IMG/VR virus record: IMGVR_UViG_3300021426_000092
Coordinates: 2,837-66,836 of that record
DNA length: 64,000 bases
Strand: one strand, 5' to 3'
Source of the DNA: a virus
Taxonomy: Duplodnaviria; Caudoviricetes
Shown: positions 1-9,827 of the stretch, one piece after another
Position numbering within the stretch: the first letter of the stretch is position 1
Layout of the letters: each line of letters opens with the position of its first letter
Notes under the pieces: model-generated
What the model was told of the DNA's origin: nothing
What the model saw: only the letters and a program-made list of their open reading frames with translations
Database searches by the model: none
Made by a program: the position numbers and the translations under genes

Positions 1-756
1 GAGCTTGTACTTCCCGTATGTCGTGTGCCAGTTGTAGCACCACTCCGGGAAGTTGCCCTCGATCTTCATGCATTCCTCGACCGGTTTGATAATCGGGATC
101 GCGCCATACGGCATCGGCGCCGAGCACGTCATCCCGTCATACCCAAGATACTCCCAGTCGTGATCTCTCTTCGTCCAGAACAGACAGATCGCTTTCGCCA
201 CGAAGATGGTTTCCTCCGCCGGTTTCGTCATCGCCTGATTCGCTTCGTACAGAGCCATGACTTCCTGATCCAGATGCGGGTAATACGCCTTCGCCATCGT
301 CTTCAGGATCTCCCACAGTTTCTTTCGATCCCTCTGGAACATGAGCGAAGTCAGCCGTCCTGTTTCATACACATCCATATTCCGGATCGCCTGAAACAGT
401 TTCTGGCTGACGGACGTTTTATCTTCGTCCTCCCGATAATCTCCGAACATCAGATTGCAGACAAAATAATCTGCATCCCTGTTCTTCTTGCAGAGGCAGA
501 GCAGAGACAGCGCCTTCGATAACGCTTCCTCCCCTCCTCGACTGCACAGAACCAGAATCTCCTTAGTGATAATCCCATAGCAGTCCTCGGCGGAAATGAC
601 GAGGAGCCTCTTTCGCAAATACGATTCGTACTGCGGAAGAAGCTCCCATAAGCAGTGTCCTGCTATTTCATAATCGCCCTTTCGGATCGAGTTCTGCATG
701 GCGCTCGTGACCTCAAAAAATGATCGGCCGGTTCGCGTCAACAGTTCGTACGCCAA
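1..756 (-). CDS. Stand-alone RarA/MgsA C-terminal-like helical domain protein (3' end runs off the window; absent from ORF track)
   Basis: Manual translation from TTG at 756: MAYELLTRTGRSFFEVTSAMQNSIRKGDYEIAGHCLWELLPQYESYLRKRLLVISAEDCYG..., open to position 1. SAMQNSIRKGD and RLLVISAED resemble the RarA C-terminal SALHKSIRGSD and RRLxxxASEDIG motifs. Confidence 0.65.
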   Translation of the reverse strand, partial: MAYELLTRTGRSFFEVTSAMQNSIRKGDYEIAGHCLWELLPQYESYLRKRLLVISAEDCYGIITKEILVLCSRGGEEALSKALSLLCLCKKNRDADYFVCNLMFGDYREDEDKTSVSQKLFQAIRNMDVYETGRLTSLMFQRDRKKLWEILKTMAKAYYPHLDQEVMALYEANQAMTKPAEETIFVAKAICLFWTKRDHDWEYLGYDGMTCSAPMPYGAIPIIKPVEECMKIEGNFPEWCYNWHTTYGKYKL

Positions 757-814
757 TTTTCTTCTTTCCTTTCTTCTTCATTCAGCCAGTTACATTTTTA
801 TTGGCTTAATCTTA

Positions 815-842
815 TTCTATAATAAACCGGCTAAAAGTCAAG
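815..842 (-). promoter_or_regulatory. Sigma70-type promoter upstream of the RarA-C-like gene
   Basis: Minus strand reads TTGACT-N16-TAGAAT. Confidence 0.55.
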
Positions 843-889
843 AAAAAGGCGGATTCATGGCATATTTATTTTCGAACAGTGCCTGAAAG

Positions 890-1615
890 TTACCGCTTCA
901 CGTTCACGTGCGGGACGTTCGTCTTCAGGTTGTAGGTGAAGTATTTCCCCCACTTCTGCTTCATCAGGTTGATGCTGTTGATCTGGTCTCCACGCATCTT
1001 CCCGGAAGCGCCGCCTTCATTCGTATCTGTCAGGCCCTTGGAGCAGAAATACTTCGGCTTCAGGATTACCCGGTTGAAAAGCAGCTCCTGCAAAACCAGG
1101 TCGATGTCGTAGTTGTACTCCAGCTCCTTGTGGCATTTGGATTTGAACGTCAGCCGATTCACCCAGCGAACAGCTCCGGCGCAGCCCTTGAAGCCGAACT
1201 CCGCGTCATAGTTCCACGGACGAATCGTGGCGTCTGTAGCTCCAAAGCCAATACCGAGATCCAGCATCAGCTGTCCGATCCGTTCCAGCTCAGAAGTGAT
1301 AATCTCCGGGTCCTCGATGCTGTCCGTATCGTACATGCGGTAGAAGAAGTGATGGATGTCGTCGTCCAGTATCGCTATACAGTCTTCGGGGGCGTTGTCG
1401 ATCAGCCACTGGTTTACTTCGGTAAGACCACAGATCTGGCTGTCTTCGACCGCCTGCACCTTGATGTGATCGGCGTAGTCCTTCAGCGCCTCGACGTATT
1501 CTTCATATTCGCTCTCTCGAACGATATATGTTCCGTATTCAAGGAACTGATGCGCCGTGCAGGTCTTCGCTCTCTTGTAGCTGGGGATGTAGATATTGAA
1601 CGTGTATTCAGCCAT
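890..1615 (-). CDS. TAGT/GREB1-like glycosyltransferase (GT-A fold; TET-associated glycosyltransferase family)
   Basis: N-terminal IYIPSYKRA, ILDDDI (DxD-type motif), YNYDIDLVLQEL, TNEGG and C-terminal LMKQKWGKY match the family pattern. Confidence 0.8.
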   Translation of the reverse strand: MAEYTFNIYIPSYKRAKTCTAHQFLEYGTYIVRESEYEEYVEALKDYADHIKVQAVEDSQICGLTEVNQWLIDNAPEDCIAILDDDIHHFFYRMYDTDSIEDPEIITSELERIGQLMLDLGIGFGATDATIRPWNYDAEFGFKGCAGAVRWVNRLTFKSKCHKELEYNYDIDLVLQELLFNRVILKPKYFCSKGLTDTNEGGASGKMRGDQINSINLMKQKWGKYFTYNLKTNVPHVNVKR

Positions 1616-1910
1616 TCGGCGACACCCCGTTCTTTTTCCGATCCTCCTCGATTTCCAGGACTGTCATCAGAGCGTAATTGGCGAGGTCGATCAGCGTGTC
1701 GATCATACTCTCGTCTTTCACGTTCTGCTTTCCGGTTCTGGTGAGCGCTTTGAACCTGTTCAGCTTATCTGTCAGCCGAATCCGCGGCATCGCCATTCCT
1801 TCCTCTTCATATGAGAGGTGGAAGCTGTCGCCGTAGTCGGCGTTCTTCTTTTTATAGATCTCATTCAGGAGATCACACAGTTCTTTGTGCCGAATATACT
1901 TCGTACTCAT
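1608..1910 (-). CDS. DUF1599 / nucleotide-modification-associated domain 1 (Nmad1) protein
   Basis: KKKNADYGDSF...RIRLTDKLNRF...DESMIDTLIDLANYALM motif series. Confidence 0.85.
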   Translation of the reverse strand: MSTKYIRHKELCDLLNEIYKKKNADYGDSFHLSYEEEGMAMPRIRLTDKLNRFKALTRTGKQNVKDESMIDTLIDLANYALMTVLEIEEDRKKNGVSPNG

Positions 1911-2611
1911 CTATGATTCCACTCCTTCGGGAGATTGAACCCGCAGTTCATAACATAGTCGATCACCGACATGTTCGGAACGAAGTCCCCGTTCACCTGT
2001 TCGTATTTAATCGGCTGGTAGTTCGCATACACCAGATACAGGCCGTTTCTGCGATAGTCTGCCTCGATATGATAATCCTTGGCTCCCTCACCGCTCAGGT
2101 ACGTGTTCGCGCCAAGGAGCTTACACATCTCAATGCATCTCGCATCTCGTCTTTCTTTCAGATCAAGCTCCGATGACAGGAAGAACTCACGGCTGGCTGT
2201 CAGTCCAAACTTATCCGCAATACGCATGATGCAGCAGCGGTTGAAGTCTGCAAGATTACCGGCATTCAGTGAGTAGGACAGAAGCTCCTCGAAAAATGGG
2301 AACGCCTTGCTGAATTGGTCTGCCTTCTTGTATTCCTGCCACAGGGTCTTTATCATCTTGTCGATAGTTTTCTCATCTACCGCCAGATGGATCTCATTCA
2401 GATTCCTGACATGGTAATGGATCGGGATCGTAAAACGGTGCGGGCCATTTGCTGTCTTGATATCATTGTAGTTGTGTCGGCCGGTCTTGCTGTATAAGAC
2501 GTTATCCGAGAACACGAACAGATCGCTCCGGAACATCTTATAGAAATAACCCATCCATGGGAAGAAGTCCGGCTGATGCGAAGCCAGAACAATTGAATTG
2601 GCGTGATTCAA
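1907..2611 (-). CDS. WbqC-family protein (putative aminoacyl/glycyl transferase for amino sugars)
   Basis: HQPDFFPWMGYFYKM...DLFVFSDNVLY, YLSGEGAKDY and NMSVIDYVMNCG motifs. Start placed at a TTG overlapping the upstream stop (TTGA). Confidence 0.85.
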   Translation of the reverse strand: MNHANSIVLASHQPDFFPWMGYFYKMFRSDLFVFSDNVLYSKTGRHNYNDIKTANGPHRFTIPIHYHVRNLNEIHLAVDEKTIDKMIKTLWQEYKKADQFSKAFPFFEELLSYSLNAGNLADFNRCCIMRIADKFGLTASREFFLSSELDLKERRDARCIEMCKLLGANTYLSGEGAKDYHIEADYRRNGLYLVYANYQPIKYEQVNGDFVPNMSVIDYVMNCGFNLPKEWNHR

Positions 2612-3306
2612 AGATCGCCCATCTCCCCTCTGCGGAACACACATTGAAAAGCTTCAGCATTGTTCAGCCCGGACTGCGCTCCTCTCAGGATGGGAAGAAC
2701 GGTCAGCGCTTCGTAAGACCGTGGGTGCGGTCGTTCCCGAATCACGTTTTCGTAGACTTCAAGTGCGCGGACTTTTGCGTAAACAGCTTCCGGTGAGATC
2801 GGTACGAAGGTGTTCGGTTCAAACCGGCTTTCGCTCGGGTTCAAGGCCCAATCAGTTGACGACTGGACCTCCATAAGATACAGACCGGTGATCGGCTTGA
2901 TGTCCTCTCTTCCACGCTGCCAGAGGCGAAATGCCTCCATGCAGGATGCCGCGGTCCAGTAGTGGTCTGTATTCACATCTCCCGGGTGCTGAGTGAAAAT
3001 AACGTCTGGCTGGAAGTCTCGAATACAGTTCTCAATGTCCTGCACCATCTTTCGATGATTCGCGCTATTGAATGTGCTGTCGTCATAGTCGAACTTGTAG
3101 CACTTGCTCACGCCAAGGATCTCATGGCTTAATTCCAGATCGTCCTTTATTGCCCCAAGATCATTCTGGTAACGAGTAGTATCGCAAGTATTAAGAACAG
3201 CCACGCCGATGGTGTTCCCTCGTTTCGCAGCCTCATAGATGAATCCTCCAGCTCCTAATACCTCATCATCCGGATGTGCCACAACGAACAAGTATCTCTT
3301 ACTCAT
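2608..3306 (-). CDS. PIG-L/LmbE-family N-deacetylase
   Basis: AHPDDEVLGAGG and HPGDVNTDH metal-binding motifs, C-terminal AEAF. RBS GGAGG precedes ATG at 3306. Confidence 0.9.
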   Translation of the reverse strand: MSKRYLFVVAHPDDEVLGAGGFIYEAAKRGNTIGVAVLNTCDTTRYQNDLGAIKDDLELSHEILGVSKCYKFDYDDSTFNSANHRKMVQDIENCIRDFQPDVIFTQHPGDVNTDHYWTAASCMEAFRLWQRGREDIKPITGLYLMEVQSSTDWALNPSESRFEPNTFVPISPEAVYAKVRALEVYENVIRERPHPRSYEALTVLPILRGAQSGLNNAEAFQCVFRRGEMGDL

Positions 3307-4291
3307 GGCGGCCTCCATCGAAAACGCTCTCGATCAGATGGAGCACATCGTTTTCCGCCAAGCGCTCCGCTCTGTCTGACCTATACTCCGGGATGTTCTT
3401 GCCGAGTCCAATGATATTGCTTCCATGCGGGACAATGATGTATTCTCCGCTGTCAGCAACATATGCCTCTTCGGCCTCTTCCTCAGAGAGAAGTGCTTCG
3501 TGCATTTTCTCCCCGGGGCGCCGGCCTATGATCTCTTTCGGGTAATCGGCCGAGAGATTCAGGTATCTGCACACTGCATGCGCCAGATCTCCGGTTGTAC
3601 AGGCCATCGCCTTTTTCACCAGCAGATCACCATTCTTTCCGATCGCAAACGCCTTGCTCACCAGATCCGCAGCTTCTTCAACAGTCATCATGAATCTGGT
3701 CATGTTCGGGTCGGTAATGGTAATCGGGAGTCCAGTCTGCGCTTGCTCCACGAAGACTGGGACCGCACTTCCGCGAGAAGCAACAAGGTTTCCGAAGCGG
3801 GTTATGCAGATCTGCGTCTTGTGCTGTTCCATCGACTTCTGGATCGCAAGCTTCTCCATATACGCCTTGGTCATCCCCATAGCGGAAGTCGGGTATACCG
3901 CTTTGTCTGTGGACAGGCATACAACCTTCTTGGTCTTGTGCTGAATCGCAGATACCAGAACATTGTCGCTGCCAATGATGTTCGTCTTGACAGCCTCCAT
4001 CGGGAAGTATTCACAAGACGGAACCTGTTTCATTGCGGCGGCATGAAAAACAAAATCGACGCCGCGCATGGCAGCATCGACCGTCTTCTTGTCACGCACA
4101 TCTCCGAGGAAGAACCTGACATGCTCATTCCCCCGGTACTGCTGGGACATATCATATTGCTTCTTCTCATCACGGCTCAGGATGTTCACTGTATCCGCGC
4201 CGAGCTTCAGGCACTTTTCGAGGAACGCACGTCCAAACGTGCCCGTTCCTCCGGTAATAAGGACGTTGGAACCGGCGATGTTGTCAGTCAC
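3299..4291 (-). CDS. UDP-GlcNAc 4,6-dehydratase, FnlA/CapE/PseB-like extended SDR
   Basis: ITGGTGTFG, SRDEKKQ, GDVRD, HAAAMKQVPSCE, LSTDKAVYP and GRRPGEKMHEAL motifs. Confidence 0.9.
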   Translation of the reverse strand: MTDNIAGSNVLITGGTGTFGRAFLEKCLKLGADTVNILSRDEKKQYDMSQQYRGNEHVRFFLGDVRDKKTVDAAMRGVDFVFHAAAMKQVPSCEYFPMEAVKTNIIGSDNVLVSAIQHKTKKVVCLSTDKAVYPTSAMGMTKAYMEKLAIQKSMEQHKTQICITRFGNLVASRGSAVPVFVEQAQTGLPITITDPNMTRFMMTVEEAADLVSKAFAIGKNGDLLVKKAMACTTGDLAHAVCRYLNLSADYPKEIIGRRPGEKMHEALLSEEEAEEAYVADSGEYIIVPHGSNIIGLGKNIPEYRSDRAERLAENDVLHLIESVFDGGRHE

Positions 4292-5495
4292 AGTCCTTCA
4301 CCGCCTGTTCGAGTGTATTGATAATCCGCTCCTGATCTTTCTCAGTCAGCAACGTGTGATATGGGAGCGTTATGAGCTGGGCGTACTGTGCATATGCATT
4401 CGGATAGTCAGTAATCGTGTATCCGAGTTTCTTATATCCAGTCATCATTGGAAGCGGCTTGTAATGGACGTTGCACGGAATGCCGTAGTCTTTCATCCGC
4501 ACAATCACACGGTTTCGGAATTCCTCCTGATCTCCGTTTATCGCCTTGACGCCAACCGGATACAGGTGGAAGGATGTCGTGTAATCGTCGCCCAGATGCG
4601 TTATAAGCGGGTGGATTCTTTCGGAGCGTTCCAGCATGGAATCATACTTCATCGTCAATTCCACGCGCTTCTCGTAAATATCCGGGTATCTCTCAAGCTG
4701 AATCAAACCTATAGCGGCATTGATGTCCGTCATTGGCCGGTTAAATCCCATGCCACGAATATCATATTCCCATCCGTTTATAGGATCTTTCCCGGTCTGG
4801 CAGTGATGCCTGATCGCCTTCAGAGCAGCGCCCACTGCTTCGTCCCAGTCATTGAAGTTCTTCCATACAAGTGCACCGCCTTCGCCTCCGGTCGTGATGC
4901 ATTTCAGAACATGGAAGCTGAAGCAGGTGATATCTGCGAAAGATCCTGACGGCTCAAAGCCCTTCATTGCTCCGAAACTGTGAGCTGCGTCTGCGATCAC
5001 CGCAACACGCCCGAGCACATCCTGCAACGGGCTGCTTGATTTGAAAATATCCTTCTTGTTGTTGACAGCTTCAAAGATCCGTTCGTAGTTGCAGATCTTT
5101 CCACCATAGTCCACAGCAATGATCGCCTTCGTTCTCGGCGTGATCGCTTTCTCCATGGCATCGTAGTCCATTTCGAAGGATTCACCGTCTGTATCAACGA
5201 AAACGATCTTCGCCCCAACGGTATATATGACATCCGCGGTCGCGGTATAGGTAAGCGGCGTGGTAATCACTTCATCGCCGGGGCCAATTCCGAGAACGCG
5301 AAGGGCGAACTCAAGGGCTGTCGTGCAGCTGTCAACAGCAACTGCGTGTTTGCATCCGCTCATTTCAGCGACTCTCTGCTCAAACGCAGCAACGTGTGGC
5401 CCTGTCGTGAGCCATCCGCTGTCAAGCACTTTCTTGACTGCTTTGAGCTCCTGCCGGCTGAGGTCCGGGTGGGCGAATTTGATAATCTTACCCAT
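4284..5495 (-). CDS. DegT/DnrJ/EryC1/StrS PLP-dependent sugar aminotransferase
   Basis: SGWLTTGP, SCTTALE, DAAHSFGA, SFHVLKCITTGGEGG (PLP Lys) and LPYHTLL motifs. Confidence 0.92.
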   Translation of the reverse strand: MGKIIKFAHPDLSRQELKAVKKVLDSGWLTTGPHVAAFEQRVAEMSGCKHAVAVDSCTTALEFALRVLGIGPGDEVITTPLTYTATADVIYTVGAKIVFVDTDGESFEMDYDAMEKAITPRTKAIIAVDYGGKICNYERIFEAVNNKKDIFKSSSPLQDVLGRVAVIADAAHSFGAMKGFEPSGSFADITCFSFHVLKCITTGGEGGALVWKNFNDWDEAVGAALKAIRHHCQTGKDPINGWEYDIRGMGFNRPMTDINAAIGLIQLERYPDIYEKRVELTMKYDSMLERSERIHPLITHLGDDYTTSFHLYPVGVKAINGDQEEFRNRVIVRMKDYGIPCNVHYKPLPMMTGYKKLGYTITDYPNAYAQYAQLITLPYHTLLTEKDQERIINTLEQAVKDCD

Positions 5496-6108
5496 TTGCC
5501 TCGGCCTCCTTCGCGGCAATCTCATCTGCGCCGATCAGTTGACCTTTCATCTGATCGTACCAGATTGCCCTCGCCTTGATACGGCGTTTGGAGATAGGGA
5601 TTGTGCATCCCTCAATGCCGAGCTTGCGGATCAGGTCATTGTAGTCGAGCTCATTCCGGCAAGCGATCAGCACATAATCGTACTGCTCGTAGTGGATCGG
5701 CTCCATGTCCTTTATCATCCGCTCTTCCAACGGCTTTTCTTTCTCAACTACGTCATCGATCTTGAAGTTCATCAGATCGGCCGTCCAGTCTGCCAAATCT
5801 TCCATGACCCATTCGCCGGCGTGGGTGTTCAGCTTGATGTTGACGTATTTCTGCTCAGGCAGCGTGTATCCGATCAGCATCTTGCAGTCGAGCATGGCAT
5901 CCGGATCTACGCGCTGGAAATACTTGACTCGCTGGTTGCCGCCAAGGACCTGATTCTGCTCATTGATAACGATGATGTCGAAGTCGCCATACGTTTCAAG
6001 CGACTTCTCAAGGTCTTCGCGTCTCTGCTTCTTGACTTTTCTGGGGTTGCCAAAGTCAAGGCGGAGATCACGCGCTCGGCGCTTGACAATCTCTTGCCGT
6101 TTATCCAT
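5488..6108 (-). CDS. ParB N-terminal-like domain protein (phage modification-associated type)
   Basis: NPRK...SLETYG...IVINEQNQVLGGNQR...NIKLN...GEW resembles ParB/Srx domains. First gene of a tightly overlapping operon. Confidence 0.75.
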   Translation of the reverse strand: MDKRQEIVKRRARDLRLDFGNPRKVKKQRREDLEKSLETYGDFDIIVINEQNQVLGGNQRVKYFQRVDPDAMLDCKMLIGYTLPEQKYVNIKLNTHAGEWVMEDLADWTADLMNFKIDDVVEKEKPLEERMIKDMEPIHYEQYDYVLIACRNELDYNDLIRKLGIEGCTIPISKRRIKARAIWYDQMKGQLIGADEIAAKEAEANG

Positions 6109-6121
6109 TTTTCATACCTCC

Positions 6122-6159
6122 AAAAAGAAGAAGGACCGCTTCCCCAAGCGATCCTTCTT
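6122..6159 (-). terminator. Intrinsic terminator-like hairpin directly upstream of the ParB-like gene RBS
   Basis: Minus strand AAGAAGGATCGCTT-GGGG-AAGCGGTCCTTCTT followed by CTTTTT. Confidence 0.6.
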
Positions 6160-6489
6160 ATGTGTTTTGCTGTATCCTTTTATCGACGGTGCCATATTAC
6201 TACGTATAGACCTTGATCTTCAACGACACATACCGATAAAGAATGTTGTTACATGATTCTTAATGATAAACGACGACTATCAATGTCATCAACTGACAAA
6301 GGCTTCGGTTTACTCCGTATCCCATGCGCTCTCGTCAATCCCGTTTCTCAGGATGCTCCAGGCCGGTACGCAGCAGGTGCAGGAATTACCGCGGAGCCAG
6401 TACCGGTTTCGGAGTACGAGACGCAGTGGAATACGAACTTTAATCCTTTTGCCGCAGTAGCAGCACTTTGTTCTCCACCACATATCCTT

Positions 6490-6951
6490 TCACCGATCAA
6501 CCAGCATCCCAAATTTTGAGTTGGCCGTGCACATGTACTTCACCGGTTTTCCTGTGGAGACGGCATATTCGATCTCAGATCTCGTGCTGTCGCCTATGTA
6601 CCCGTCGCGATTGATGACGTATATGAAATCCGCCATATCGATCTTCCGCTTGTGCATGTCATCAAGCATCAGCTTCACTTCGGGCGTGATTTCAGAAGCA
6701 TACTTCGCGTCGGCATGCCCAAACAGGCCAACAGAAAGCACGATGTAGCCTTGCAGGGTCAACTCTTCCTGCTTTTTGATAAAGTCTTCCTTGAACCGAG
6801 TGCTTCCGCAGAGCGTTACTACCTTGTACTTCTCCCGTTCTTTGCGGAGCAAGTAGTCTTTTTTGCTCGCTGGACATTCAGAACATGACAGCATCTCATA
6901 CGGTCCGCATCCACCATTTCTAAAGCAAGCCATAACCAAACTCCATTTCAT
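6490..6951 (-). CDS. DUF4406 / nucleoside 2-deoxyribosyltransferase-like fold protein with Cys-rich N-terminus
   Basis: VVTLCGSTRF...MHKRKIDMADFIYVINRDGYIGDSTRSEIEYA motif. Confidence 0.7.
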   Translation of the reverse strand: MKWSLVMACFRNGGCGPYEMLSCSECPASKKDYLLRKEREKYKVVTLCGSTRFKEDFIKKQEELTLQGYIVLSVGLFGHADAKYASEITPEVKLMLDDMHKRKIDMADFIYVINRDGYIGDSTRSEIEYAVSTGKPVKYMCTANSKFGMLVDR

Positions 6952-8390
6952 TCTTTCACAACATATTTATCGCATTCAGACGAGATCAGAGCCGCAGCAA
7001 TTGAAAGTCCGGCCATAAACCCGGCGTTCTTGCTGTCGTCTACACAAGCGAGGATCTGCTTATAATGGTCCGAGCCGATAAAATGCAGGATCATTTTCTG
7101 GTATTCTTCAACATCAACAAACAGCCGCGTCTTCTTCTGTTCTTCACTCATGATGAAAACTCCATTTCATTTGTCGTCTCTGACCGGGCAATATCCTTCG
7201 TACTCGCTACAGTGCTTCATTCCGCACTTGCAAACGGGGTAAATCGTTGTCCGCCAGTGATCTTCCTCAGAACCCTGCCAAGGACATTTCTCTCGAATAG
7301 GTGGTTTACAACCAATATAAGTGGGCATTGTTCCTGTTCTCCCTTACACGAGTAGCGGGCCAAGCTTAATAATCATGGCAACAACGATGCCCATGATGTA
7401 TCCAAATCCGATATTTCTCAGATATAAGCCTGTGTCGCTCTTTAATACAGCACCAGTCAGGTACAGAATTGTACCCATCAGAGCATTCGCCAACATAAAA
7501 ACATTCATATCAAAACCTCATTTCATATGCCATCGTCTCATACGTGCCGCATCCACCTTTCCTATAACGGGTCATATTCAAACCTCCCAACCCATTTCAG
7601 CATCGCTGCGCACCCACTCCAAGAACAGATCACGGTTTCCGAAAAGTGTGTAGATCACGTAATCCGCGCAAATCCGAACGGCTTCCTGTTCAGTCTTGGT
7701 AAGACTCTTTTTGTTTGGCTCTCCTTTACAGTCCTGACCTTCGAACAAAAGGTTCTCAAAATAGTGTTCAAGGTTGCTCATTTTTGCTCTCCTTCTCGAT
7801 GCGGAACATATCTTTGATCTGGAGCAGATTGTCGAGAACAACATCCACCGACTCCTCACAATAAAACCATATTCCGAAGATCGGCTGCATCTTCTCGTTT
7901 GGATCGACATCCCTTCCAAATTCGTTGCTCTTGCTTGTATCTTCGAGCTGAAACACAGACAGGCCAAATCCGCTCTCCGGCCCGTTCTCCAACAACTTCC
8001 TGTCCGTTATGCCAACGGCTTTGTCTGGCTTCCCTTCTTGCCCGAAATTATAAAACTCTAATACCATCTTCGTTGCTCCTGTCTCCAGTCTATTTTCTGC
8101 CCGCAGGTGCACCACGGGGAGTGATAATAGATGTACGGTTTACTGCTCTCTTCATCGGTGATCCGTTTTACGAAGAGCTTGCCGCAGCAAGGGCAGCGGT
8201 CTTCCCAATTGCCGCTATCGGCTCCGTTGAAGAATGTTCGCGCCGGCTTCTTCATCTCCTGCTTTGCGAGTACAGATATGGCAATCTTCAGCGCATCGTC
8301 AAGTGCTTTATCGGCAGGTGGCTCAACTTCTGAATCTTTCCGGCTTTCAAGCAGTTTTCGCAGGATACCTGCGGCTTGTATTTCTTTCAT

Positions 8391-9827
8391 TTATGCTTCC
8401 TCCTTCAGCCAGTCGAGCCAGCACAGTTTACACCTGCGTAATGATGGCGAATCGATGCTTTCTAATGCGCACTGACTAAAGATTTTCCCGGGAGGGCAGC
8501 CTTGTTCTATAGTCACAGCAAAGGCGGCCATCTCCTCAGCACTCATTTCACGAAGCTGATCGTAGTGTGTGATGGGCATCGCTTCTACAAGTACAAACCT
8601 TTGTTTTGGGTCATAGTTTTTCGCTCCTTTGGTATCAACAACCATCATTACTCATCCCCATTTCCACTTGCGTCGAGAAGAGCCGAGATGTACGCTCTTG
8701 TCATTTCGGATGCCTCATTCGTGCTTGCTCCAAGGTCAAGGCAATGTTTGAAAAAAACGTATGTCATTTCAGCGAGACCCTTTACTGCTTCAACAGCATC
8801 ATTTTCCTTTTTCATAACTCTCCCCCCTGTTTTAACCAGTCGATCCAGCACATTCTGCAAGACATCACCACATTTTCGTTTCTGCAAAATCCCGTCTCTC
8901 CGAAATAGTGCGGCGGCGGGCAAGAATATTCTGTCCCTGTTTGCGTCATAAACTCAGCCATCTCCTCCACGCTCTTTTCACGAATCTGGTCAAAATGAGT
9001 CTTCACTTCTACTGTGTTGTAATAACAGAACTTCCCGCATTCCTTATCTCGGAATTCTGAGCAAGCCCCTATCGGCATCCTGCATCTTCCGGTCTTTACT
9101 CTCATTCTTCCTCCTTCATCAACCAATCGAGCCACGCGGCCGCACAAGTATCATCATTTTCGGAACAGCCGTTCATTGGGTTCGGGCAGTTGAAGCAATC
9201 AATATGCTCTGCGATCCAGATGGAGAACTCCTCTGCGCTCATCTCTCGGAGTTTGTCAAAGCGGGTGTTGCTTCTTGGTTTTCCTCTTATTTCCGAGCAA
9301 ACGATTACGTGGTTTCCGCCTTCGTTTGCCTTTCTTTCTATCTCGCAATTTTTGTGCATCAAGCAAAGTTTACAAAGGTTCATCGCTCGCTTTCCTCATA
9401 AAGCGCCTGTATCCGGATCGTAGGTTGGTTCAGACATCTCGCAGTATTGAGTGGCTTCAACTTGTGCTTCATACTCGCGCTCTTCGTCGTATGGTTCCGC
9501 TTCTTCTTCCAGCCATTCTTGAATGCTGTCTCCTTTCTGATCGTAACAGCATCTATACATCGGGCACGAGTCCGGACAATTGCCGTTCGCGCCGAATATC
9601 ACGCAGTTATCCAGAACCTGCGCCAGAAACAGCGCGATATCGTAATCGCTCGCCATACGAAAATACTTGTCCGCATTGGAAATGCGCCTCGGCGTGTGGT
9701 ATGTACACCCGGAAGTAGCCCGAATCTCGACGCCGGTCTTTTTGCAGACGCCCTTTGCGTATTCGCAGGAAGGGCATGTTGGAAGGCTCATTCTGTCTCC
9801 TCCAGTGCAAGCATCTTCTTGAAGCAT
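8391..9827 (-). other. Four tandem small Cys-rich paralogues (8391-8648, 8812-9105, 9102-9383, 9396-9827), interrupted by one unrelated ORF
   Basis: Shared T(H/R)(F/Y)DxxRxxSxEE(M/F)...C...WxxWL motif in the translations. Confidence 0.6.

Noticed and set aside
3299-5495. Host capsule/O-antigen locus, or naming the genes pseB/pseC
   Set aside because: No flippase, polymerase or priming transferase is present and the flanks are phage genes. The exact sugar stereochemistry cannot be assigned from motifs.
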